Positions 49,501 to 62,240 of a DNA stretch of 64,000 nucleotides are shown here, piece after piece. The stretch is from Bulinus truncatus. Lineage: Eukaryota. Numbering within the stretch: position 1 is the stretch's first letter; each line of letters starts with the position of its first letter. The translations under genes and the position numbers were made by a program. Where the stretch lies: NCBI GenBank assembly GCA_021962125.1, contig JAGDYQ010000001.1, positions 5,516,061-5,580,060 of the forward strand, written 5' to 3'. The notes below the pieces were generated by a model. That model was not told the DNA's origin and did not search any database. It saw only the letters and a list, made by a program, of their open reading frames with translations.

Positions 49501-52500
49501 TCTCACACAACATCTACTAATAGATTGCCCAGTTGTATGTCAACATTGACAGACATCACACTCTCACATATCAACAAACAGTTTGCCCAGTTGTATGTCA
49601 ACATTGACAAACATCACACTTCACATATCAACAAACAGTTTGCCCAGTTGTATGTCAACATTGACAGACATCACACTCTCACACAACATCTACTAATAAT
49701 TTACCCAGTTGTATGTCAACATTGACAGACATCATACTCTCACACAACATCTACTAATAGTTTACCCAGTTGTATGTCAACATTGACAGACATCACACTC
49801 TCACATATCAACAAACAGTTTGCCCAGTATTATGTCAACATTGTCAAACATCACACTCTCACACAACATCTACTAATAATTTACCCTGTTGTATGTCAAC
49901 ATTGACAGACATCACACTCTCACATATCAACAAACAGTTTGCCCAGTTGTATGTCAACATTGACAGACATCACACTCTCACATAACAACAAACAGCCCAG
50001 TTGTATGTCAACATTGACAGACATCACACTCTCACATAACATCTACTAATAATTTACCCAGTTGTATGTCAACATTGACAAACATCACACTCTCACACAA
50101 CATCTACTAATAGTTTACCCAGTTGTATGTCAACATTGTCAAACATCACACTCTCACATAACATCTACTAGTAATTTACCCAGTTATAAGTCAACATTGT
50201 CAAACATCACACTCTCACACATCTACTAATAGTTTACCCAGTTGTATGTCAACATTGACAAACACCACACTTGCACACAACATCTACTAATAGTTTACCC
50301 AGTTGTATGTCAACATTGACAAACACCACACTTGCACACAACATCTACTAATAGTTTACCCAGTTGTATGTCAACATTGACAAACATCACACTCTCACAC
50401 AACATCTACTAATAGTTTACCCAGTTGTACGTCAACATTGACAGACATCACACTCTCACATATCAACAAACAGTTTGCCCAGTTGTATGTCAACATTGAC
50501 AGACATCACACTCTCACATATCAACAAACAGTTTGCCCAGTTGTATGTCAACATTGACAGACATCACACTCTCACACATCTACTAATAGTTTACCCAGTT
50601 GTATGTCAACATTGACAAACATCACACTCTCACACAACATCTACTAATAATTTACCCAGTTGTATGTCAACATTGACAGACATCATACTCTCACACAACA
50701 TCTACTAATAATTTACCCAGTTGTATGTCAACATTGACAGACATCACACTCTCACACAACATCTACTAATAATTTACCCAGTTGTATGTCAACATTGACA
50801 GACATCATACTCTCACACAACATCTACTAATAGTTTACCCAGTTGTATGTCAACATTGACAGACATCACACTCTCACATATCAACAAACAGTTTGCCCAG
50901 TTGTATGTCAACATTGTCAAACATCACACTCTCACACAACATCTACTAATAATTTACCCAGTTGTATGTCAACATTGACAGACATCACACTCTCACATAT
51001 CAACAAACAGTTTGCCCAGTTGTATGTCAACATTGACAGACATCACACTCTCACATATCAACAAACAGCCCAGTTGTATGTCAACATTGACAGACATCAC
51101 ACTCTCACATAACATCTACTAATAATTTACCCAGTTGTATGTCAACATTGACAAACATCACACTCTCACACAACATCTACTAATAGTTTACCCAGTTGTA
51201 TGTCAACATTGTCAAACATCACACTCTCACATAACATCTACTAGTAATTTACCCAGTTATAAGTCAACATTGTCAAACATCACACTCTCACACATCTACT
51301 AATAGTTTACCCAGTTGTATGTCAACATTGACAAACACCACACTTGCACACAACATCTACTAATAGTTTACCCAGTTGTATGTCAACATTGACAAACACC
51401 ACACTTGCACACAACATCTACTAATAGTTTACCCAGTTGTATGTCAACATTGACAAACATCACACTCTCACACAACATCTACTAATAGTTTACCCAGTTG
51501 TACGTCAACATTGACAGACATCACACTCTCACATATCAACAAACAGTTTGCCCAGTTGTATGTCAACATTGACAGACATCACACTCTCACATATCAACAA
51601 ACAGTTTGCCCAGTTGTATGTCAACATTGACAGACATCACACTCTCACACATCTACTAATAGTTTACCCAGTTGTATGTCAACATTGACAAACATCACAC
51701 TCTCACACAACATCTACTAATAATTTACCCAGTTGTATGTCAACATTGACAGACATCATACTCTCACACAACATCTACTAATAATTTACCCAGTTGTATG
51801 TCAACATTGACAGACATCACACTCTCACACAACATCTACTAATAATTTACCCAGTTGTATGTCAACATTGACAGACATCACACTCTCACACAACATCTAC
51901 TAATAATTTACCCAGTTGTATGTCAACATTGACAGACATCACACTCTCACACAACATCTACTAATAATTTACCCAGTTGTATGTCAACATTGACAGACAT
52001 CACACTCTCACACAACATCTACTAATCATTTACCCAGTTGTATGTCAACATTGACAAACATCACACTCTCACACAACATCTACTAATAGATTGCCCAGTT
52101 GTATGTCAACATTGACAGACATCACACTCTCACATATCAACAAACAGTTTGCCCAGTTGTATGTCAACATTGACAAACATCACACTCTCACATATCAACA
52201 AACAGTTTGCCCAGTTGTATGTCAACATTGACAGACATCACACTCTCACACAACATCTACTAATAATTTACCCAGTTGTATGTCAACATTGACAGACATC
52301 ATACTCTCACACAACATCTACTAATAGTTTACCCAGTTGTATGTCAACATTGACAGACATCACACTCTCACATATCAACAAACAGTTTGCCCAGTAGTAT
52401 GTCAACATTGTCAAACATCACACTCTCACACAACATCTACTAATAATTTACCCAGTTGTATGTCAACATTGACAGACATCACACTCTCACATATCAACAA

Positions 52501-55500
52501 ACAGTTTACCCAGTTGTATGTCAACATTGACAGACATCACACTCTCACATAACAACAAACAGCCCAGTTGTATGTCAACATTGACAGACATCACACTCTC
52601 ACATAACATCTACTAATAATTTACCCAGTTGTATGTCAACATTGACAAACATCACACTCTCACACAACATCTACTAATAGTTTACCCAGTTGTATGTCAA
52701 CATTGTCAAACATCACACTCTCACATAACATCTACTAGTAATTTACCCAGTTATAAGTCAACATTGTCAAACATCACACTCTCACACATCTACTAATAGT
52801 TTACCCAGTTGTATGTCAACATTGACAAACACCACACTTGCACACAACATCTACTAATAGTTTACCCAGTTGTATGTCAACATTGACAAACAACACACTT
52901 GCACACAACATCTACTAATAGTTTACCCAGTTGTACGTCAACATTGACAGACATCACACTCTCACATATCAACAAACAGTTTGCCCAGTTGTATGTCAAC
53001 ATTGACAGACATCACACTCTCACATATCAACAAACAGTTTGCCCAGTTGTATGTCAACATTGACAGACATCACACTCTCACACATCTACTAATAGTTTAC
53101 CCAGTTGTATGTCAACATTGACAAACATCACACTCTCACACAACATCTACTAATAATTTACCCAGTTGTATGTCAACATTGACAGACATCATACTCTCAC
53201 ACAACATCTACTAATAATTTACCCAGTTGTATGTCAACATTGACAGACATCACACTCTCACACAACATCTACTAATAATTTACCCAGTTGTATGTCAACA
53301 TTGACAGACATCACACTCTCACACAACATCTACTAATAATTTACCCAGTTGTATGTCAACATTGACAGACATCACACTCTCACACAACATCTACTAATAA
53401 TTTACCCAGTTGTATGTCAACATTGACAGACATCACACTCTCACACAACATCTACTAATCATTTACCCAGTTGTATGTCAACATTGACAAACATCACACT
53501 CTCACACAATATCTACTAATAGATTGCTCAGTTGTATGTCAACATTGACAGACATCACACTCTCACATATCAACAAACAGTTTGCCCAGTTGTATGTCAA
53601 CATTGACAAACATTACACTCTCACATATCAACAAACAGTTTGCCCAGTTGTATGTCAACATTGACAGACATCACACTCTCACATATCAACAAACAGTTTG
53701 CCCAGTTGTATGTCAACATCGACAGACATCACACTCTCACATATCAACAAACAGTTTGCCCAGTTGTATGTCAACATTGACAGACATCACACTCTCACAT
53801 ATCAACAAACAGTTTGTCCAGTTGTATGTCAACATTGACAGACATCACACTCTCACACAACATCTACTAATCATTTACCCAGTTGTATGTCAACATTGAC
53901 AAACATCACACTCTCACACAACATCTACTAATAGATTGCCCAGTTGTATGTCAACATTGACAGACATCACACTCTCACATATCAACAAACAGTTTGCCCA
54001 GTTGTATGTCAACATTGACAAACATCACACTCTCACATATCAACAAACAGTTTGCCCAGTTGTATGTCAACATTGACAGACATCACACTCTCACACAACA
54101 TCTACTAATAATTTACCCAGTTGTATGTCAACATTGACAGACATCATACTCTCACACAACATCTACTAATAGTTTACCCAGTTGTATGTCAACATTGACA
54201 GACATCACACTCTCACATATCAACAAACAGTTTGCCCAGTAGTATGTCAACATTGTCAAACATCACACTCTCACACAACATCTACTAATAATTTACCCAG
54301 TTGTATGTCAACATTGACAGACATCACACTCTCACATATCAACAAACAGTTTACCCAGTTGTATGTCAACATTGACAGACATCACACTCTCACATAACAA
54401 CAAACAGCCCAGTTGTATGTCAACATTGACAGACATCACACTCTCACATAACATCTACTAATAATTTACCCAGTTGTATGTCAACATTGACAAACATCAC
54501 ACTCTCACACAACATCTACTAATAGTTTACCCAGTTGTATGTCAACATTGTCAAACATCACACTCTCACACATCTACTAATAGTTTACCCAGTTGTATGT
54601 CAACATTGACAAACACCACACTTGCACACAACATCTACTAATAGTTTACCCAGTTGTATGTCAACATTGACAAACACCACACTTGCACACAACATCTACT
54701 AATAGTTTACCCAGTTGTACGTCAACATTGACAGACATCACACTCTCACATATCAACAAACAGTTTGCCCAGTTGTATGTCAACATTGACAGACATCACA
54801 CTCTCACATATCAACAAACAGTTTGCCCAGTTGTATGTCAACATTGACAGACATCACACTCTCACACATCTACTAATAGTTTACCCAGTTGTATGTCAAC
54901 ATTGACAAACATCACACTCTCACACAACATCTACTAATAATTTACCCAGTTGTATGTCAACATTGACAGACATCATACTCTCACACAACATCTACTAATA
55001 ATTTACCCAGTTGTATGTCAACATTGACAGACATCACACTCTCACACAACATCTACTAATAATTTACCCAGTTGTATGTCAACATTGACAGACATCACAC
55101 TCTCACACAACATCTACTAATAATTTACCCAGTTGTATGTCAACATTGACAGACATCACACTCTCACACAACATCTACTAATAATTTACCCAGTTGTATG
55201 TCAACATTGACAGACATCACACTCTCACACAACATCTACTAATCATTTACCCAGTTGTATGTCAACATTGACAAACATCACACTCTCACACAATATCTAC
55301 TAATAGATTGCTCAGTTGTATGTCAACATTGACAGACATCACACTTCACATATCAACAAACAGTTTGCCCAGTTGTATGTCAACATTGACAAACATCACA
55401 CTCTCACATATCAACAAACAGTTTGCCCAGTTGTATGTCAACATTGACAGACATCACACACTCACATATCATCAAACAGTTTGCCCAGCAGTATGTCAAC

Positions 55501-58500
55501 ATTGACAGACATCACAAACTATTTGCCCAGCAGTATGTCACATTGACAGACATCACACTCTCACATATCAACAAACAGTTTGTCCAGTTGTATGTCAACA
55601 TTGACAGACATCACACTCTCACACAACATCTACTAATAGTTTACCCAGTTGTATGTCAACATTGACAGACATCACACTCTCACATATCAACAAACAGTTT
55701 GCCCAGTTGTATGTCAACATTGACAGACATCACACTCTCACATATCAACAAACAGCCCAGTTATATGTCAACATTAACAGTTATCACACTCTCACATAAC
55801 ATCTACTAATAATTTACCCAGTTGTATGTCAACATTGACAGACATCACACTCTCACATATCAACAAACAGTTTGCCCAGTAGTATGTCAACATTGTCAAA
55901 CATCACACTCTCACACAACATCTACTAATAATTTACCCAGTTGTATGTCAACATTGACAGACATCACACTCTCACATATCAACAAACAGTTTACCCAGTT
56001 GTATGTCAACATTGACAGACATCACACTCTCACATAACAACAAACAGCCCAGTTGTATGTCAACATTGACAGACATCACACTCTCACATAACATCTACTA
56101 ATAATTTACCCAGTTGTATGTCAACATTGACAAACATCACACTCTCACACAACATCTACTAATAGTTTACCCAGTTGTATGTCAACATTGTCAAACATCA
56201 CACTCTCACACATCTACTAATAGTTTACCCAGTTGTATGTCAACATTGACAAACACCACACTTGCACACAACATCTACTAATAGTTTACCCAGTTGTATG
56301 TCAACATTGACAAACACCACACTTGCACACAACATCTACTAATAGTTTACCCAGTTGTACGTCAACATTGACAGACATCACACTCTCACATATCAACAAA
56401 CAGTTTGCCCAGTTGTATGTCAACATTGACAGACATCACACTCTCACATATCAACAAACAGTTTGCCCAGTTGTATGTCAACATTGACAGACATCACACT
56501 CTCACACATCTACTAATAGTTTACCCAGTTGTATGTCAACATTGACAAACATCACACTCTCACACAACATCTACTAATAATTTACCCAGTTGTATGTCAA
56601 CATTGACAGACATCACACTCTCACACAACATCTACTAATAATTTACCCAGTTGTATGTCAACATTGACAGACATCACACTCTCACACAACATCTACTAAT
56701 AATTTACCCAGTTGTATGTCAACATTGACAGACATCACACTCTCACACAACATCTACTAATAATTTACCCAGTTGTATGTCAACATTGACAGACATCACA
56801 CTCTCACACAACATCTACTAATAATTTACCCAGTTGTATGTCAACATTGACAGACATCACTCTCACACAACATCTACTAATCATTTACCCAGTTGTATGT
56901 CAACATTGACAAACATCACACTCTCACACAATATCTACTAATAGATTGCTCAGTTGTATGTCAACATTGACAGACATCACACTCTCACATATCAACAAAC
57001 AGTTTGCCCAGTTGTATGTCAACATTGACAAACATCACACTCTCACATATCAACAAACAGTTTGCCCAGTTGTATGTCAACATTGACAGACATCACACTC
57101 TCACATATCAACAAACAGTTTGCCCAGTTGTATGTCAACATCGACAGACATCACACTCTCACATATCAACAAACAGTTTGCCCAGTTGTATGTCAACATT
57201 GACAGACATCACACTCTCACATATCAACAAACAGTTTGTCCAGTTGTATGTCAACATTGACAGACATCACACTCTCACACAACATCTACTAATAGTTTAC
57301 CCAGTTGTATGTCAACATTGACAGACATCACACTCTCACATATCAACAAACAGTTTGCCCAGTTGTATGTCAACATTGACAGACATCACACTCTCACATA
57401 TCAACAAACAGCCCAGTTATATGTCAACATTAACAGTTATCACACTCTCACATAACATCTACTAATAATTTACCCAGTTGTATGTCAACATTGACAAACA
57501 TCACACTCTCACTCAACATCTACTAATAGTTTACCCAGTTGTATGTCAACATTGTCAAACATCACACTCTCACATAACATCTACTAGTAATTTACCCAGT
57601 TATAAGTCAACATTGTCAAACATCACACTCTCACACAACATCTACTAATAGTTTACCCAGTTGTATGTCAACATTGACAAACATCACACTCTCACACAAC
57701 ATCTACTAATAGTTTACCCAGTTGTATGTCAACATTGACAGACATCACACTCTCACATATCAACAAACAGTTTGCCCAGTTGTATGTCAACATTGACAGA
57801 CATCACACTCTCACACATCTACTAATAGTTTACCCAGTTGTATGTAAACATTGACAGACATCACACTCTCACACAACATCTACTAATAATTTACCCAGTT
57901 GTATGTCAACATTGACAGACATCATACTCTCACACAACATCTACTAATAGTTTACCCAGTTGTATGTCAACATTGACAGACATCATACTCTCACATATCA
58001 ACAAACAGTTTGCCCAGTTGTATGTCAACATTGACAAACATCACACTCTCACACAACATCTACTAATAATTTACCCAGTTGTATGTCAACATTGACAGAC
58101 ATCACACTCTCACATATCAACAAACAGTTTGCCCAGTTGTATGTCAACATTGACAGACATCACACTCTCATATATCAACAAACAGCCCAGTTGTATGTCA
58201 ACATTGACAGACATCACACTCTCACATAACATCTACTAATAATTTACCCAGTTGTATGTCAACATTGACAAACATCACACTCTCACACAACATCTACTAA
58301 TAGTTTACCCAGTTGTATGTCAACATTGTCAAACATCACACTCTCACATAACATCTACTAGTAATTTACCCAGTTATAAGTCAACATTGTCAAACATCAC
58401 ACTCTCACACAACATCTACTAATAGTTTACCCAGTTGTATGTCAATATTGTCAAACATCACACTCTCACACATCTACTAATAGTTTACCCAGTTGTATGT

Positions 58501-59866
58501 CAACATTGACAAACATCACACTCTCACACATCTACTAATAGTTTACCCAGTTGTATGTCAACATTGACAAACATCACACTTGCACACAACATCTACTAAT
58601 AGTTTACCCAGTTGTATGTCAACATTGACAAACACCACACTTGCACACAACATCTACTAATAGTTTACCCAGTTGTATGTCAACATTGACAAACATCACA
58701 CTCTCACACAACATCTACTAATAGTTTACCCAGTTGTACGTCAACATTGACAGACATCACACTCTCACATATCAACAAACAGTTTGCCCAGTTGTATGTC
58801 AACATTGACAGACATCACACTCTCACATATCAACAAACAGTTTGCCCAGTTGTATGTCAACATTGACAGACATCACACTCTCACACATCTACTAATAGTT
58901 TACCCAGTTGTATGTCAACATTGACAAACATCACACTCTCACACAACATCTACTAATAATTTACCCAGTTGTATGTCAACATTGACAGACATCATACTCT
59001 CACACAACATCTACTAATAATTTACCCAGTTGTATGTCAACATTGACAGACATCACACTCTCACACAACATCTACTAATAATTTACCCAGTTGTATGTCA
59101 ACATTGACAGACATCACACTCTCACACAACATCTACTAATAATTTACCCAGTTGTATGTCAACATTGACAGACATCACACTCTCACACAACATCTACTAA
59201 TAATTTACCCAGTTGTATGTCAACATTGACAGACATCACACTCTCACACAACATCTACTAATCATTTACCCAGTTGTATGTCAACATTGACAAACATCAC
59301 ACTCTCACACAACATCTACTAATAGATTGCCCAGTTGTATGTCAACATTGACAGACATCACACTCTCACATATCAACAAACAGTTTGCCCAGTTGTATGT
59401 CAACATTGACAAACATCACACTCTCACATATCAACAAACAGTTTGCCCAGTTGTATGTCAACATTGACAGACATCACACTCTCACATATCAACAAACAGT
59501 TTGCCCAGTTGTATGTCAACATCGACAGACATCACACTCTCACATATCAACAAACACTTTGCCCAGTTGTATGTCAACATTGACAGACATCACACTCTCA
59601 CATATCAACAAACAGTTTGCCCAGTTGTATGTCAACATTGACAGACATCACACTCTCACACAACATCTACTAATAGTTTACCCAGTTGTATGTCAACATT
59701 GACAAACATCACACTCTCACACAACATCTACTATTAGTTTACCCAGTTGTATGTTAACATTGACAAACATCACACTCTCACACAACATCTACTAATAGTT
59801 TACCCAGTTGTATGCCAACATTGACAGACATCACACTCTCACATATCATCAACAGTTTGCCCAACT
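31588..59866. repeat. Main satellite array, about 28.3 kb, with 58-61-bp monomers (consensus about CCCAGTTGTATGTCAACATTGACAGACATCACACTCTCACACAACATCTACTAATAGTTTA; the 58-bp variant ends ...CTCACATATCAACAAACAGTTTG). It is organised in higher-order repeats with about 1.07-kb and about 2.5-kb periodicities and very high inter-period identity.
   Basis: Seen directly. Identical 89-aa ORF artefacts recur at 36429, 38945, 41512, 42585, 45760, 48277 and 50843, with spacings of 2516, 2517 and 1073 bp. The edge monomers (31600-33300) are more diverged. Confidence 0.95.
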
Positions 59867-61639
59867 GAATTACAAGACCCAATTACAAAAACGTATTTTA
59901 ATAGTCATTCAATTTCTGGTGTAAAAACAAACATGCCAGAGGCTGGAAAATGAATGAGATCTCGAATTTTATTCATCCTCCTTTAAATGGAGAAAAAAAA
60001 AATGTCGCTAGTTTAGGTTTTCTTTTTTGCTGTAAAAAGTGATTTACCTCAGTGTTACCGCTCCTTGTTTTTTCCCCCAGAATCTTGGGTTTTCGAACAC
60101 TGACTTGAGAAATGGAGATTTAAGCTAAAAATCTTGAATTTTTTTGCTTGTATTGTAATTCTGGATTTTAAATGTGTCCTCCTCACTTGGACCAATTATG
60201 ATTAGGAAAAGGGGAAGAACTGAGCTGATGGACTAGGAAGCGTTAGGTTTTTTTGCTTTTAGTTTTAGAGCATTCTCCCCGTTTTGTCTGTCTGTCTGTC
60301 ATCACCTTAGATCTCAACAACCATAAATCCTAGACCCATGATTTATATATCATTTTGTAGGTCTTGGCCTGCCACGTGTACATCAAAAGTCCATTTTGCG
60401 ATCTGACCTCTGAGGGGCGAATACTAGGGCTTCGTATGGTACCGTTTTTTTTACTATATAAGCTATATTATCAAAGGGGCGTACAAAGGGGCGTAACTCA
60501 TTATTTATTTTTGTAACAGTTATTAAACATGAATTACTTCCTCACTATTTATCATAACTCATACCACGCAAATGCTCTAAAACGTCCTGTGTCCGAAACG
60601 GTACAGGCTTAAATTGCTTGTTTAAATTGTAAAAGTGCACTCCTAAACAGACCTGGACCGTTGATTTATTGTGGAGAAAAAGTGGGACAATCTCGTTTTG
60701 GGTAAAAAAAACATATGATTGAATTACATTATGTTTTATAATATATTTGTTTATTATATAAAAAGGCTTAAAACTTTCATTTGGTTTTATTGGATTTTTA
60801 ATGGTCTTAACTTGGGTTTTTAATGGTTCTAGCTTCGTTTTATCATTGTTTTAGTTGTAACACTGATTCCCCTTAGTATTAGTGTGTTTAAATAGTGGCT
60901 GTTTGTGGTATTTTTCTCAATTGAACTGACAATACACTAAAAAAATCAGAAATCAATACATGCCAATTAATTAAATATGTTAGTTATATGCATATGCTGA
61001 ATTCAACTAGGTTAGCAACACATTATGTCGTCTATGTTGTACATTTCTGCTTATTTACTTTACAGGGGGCCAACAATGTCACGTGCTCAAATAACACAGG
61101 ACGCTGTCACCCATACACTGACAAAATAAATATTGTCCATGCATTAAGCGACCTTTTGACAGCGGCTGAAGGCTGGATATTTTACATTGAAGAAATAATT
61201 TGGGCTTACATGGAAGATGACATTGTCTTGTATCGAAGACTACACCATTTACAATGGAAATTCTTTGATGATAGTAATGTATTTTATAGTCTACTCACAG
61301 AAATTTACTACGCAGATAAAAGAATTAAATTCTGTGCGGAGGAGGAACAATAGGGTGAACCTCTTGTGTCGCGCTTAGCAGGATACGGCCCCAATCAGAA
61401 AGCCCCAGTTTGTGGAAATTATATCAAGTTTGCAGAAGCTTTGGTAGAGATGGCTAAACAGTCAATTGCGTGCAGTAAAAATAAACAGGACAGAAAGAAC
61501 CATTTAAAAAAAATAAAGTTTTTCATGGCTATGAAAAGAATGAAATCTATTCGAATAAGAACGGGTTATAATGGGGGAAATATTGATTAAAATATTTCTA
61601 TAGAAATGATCATAGAGTGTTGTGTTTAATTCTTCTTAA

Positions 61640-62060
61640 CGTATTTTATTTGTTATCAGGGGGGCCAGACAGTACATTTATAGATATATTTGTTAGCAGG
61701 GAGAGCCAGACAGTACATTTATAGATATATTTGTTAGCAGGGAGGGCCAGACAGTACAAATATAGATATATTTGTTAGCAGGGAGCTGTTTATGGCCAGA
61801 GAGTACGTATATAGACATATTTGTTAGCAGGAAGCTGTTTATGGCCAGACAGTACATATATAGACATATTTGTTAGCAGGGAGGGCCAGACAGTACATTT
61901 ATAGATATATTTGTTAGCAGGGAGGGCCAGACAGTACATTTATAGATATATTTGTCAGCAGGGAGCTGTTTATGGCCAGAGAGTACGTATATATACATAT
62001 TTGTTAGCAGGGAGCTGTTTATGGCCAGACAGTACATATATAGATATATTTGCTAGAATT
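61640..62060. repeat. 49-bp tandem repeat (reverse complement of CTGGCCATAAACAGCTCCCTGCTAACAAATATGTCTATATATGTACTCT), about 8.5 uninterrupted copies. It mirrors the split array at 18110-18302 and 21389-21600.
   Basis: Seen directly. Confidence 0.85.
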
Positions 62061-62109
62061 GAAATATTAAGTGGTTTACCATCGTGCTAGACCAAAGGCT
62101 TATTCTTAT

Positions 62110-62240
62110 TGTCAGAGCTGTGGAGCCGGCGTTGGTGTCGGTGGTGTCAGTAGTTTTTGCCGGTGTCGGTGTCGGCGTTTGTACTTTGCCCGATGTCGGT
62201 GTCGGTATTTGTACTTCTTCCGGAGTCGGTTCGGTATCGA
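62110..62240. repeat. Inverted copy of the CCGACACCG-family repeats (GGTGTCGGTGTCGG...).
   Basis: Reverse complement of 17440-17560. Confidence 0.7.

Noticed and set aside
32789-59702. Dozens of 60-120-aa plus-strand ORFs (MYVNIDRHHTLTYQQ..., MPSCMSTLT...) inside the main array, plus similar ORFs in 131-1553 and 6956-7276.
   Set aside because: They are in-frame translations of stop-free tandem repeats. Their periodic recurrence with identical sequence is a repeat artefact, not coding.
60988-61590. ORFs of 121 aa and 74 aa in the right arm.
   Set aside because: The first spans an arm-specific 287-bp indel, its N-terminus is shared with a reverse-strand ORF in the other arm, and it has no recognisable domain. 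AT-rich sequence gives long chance ORFs. I keep it only as a note.
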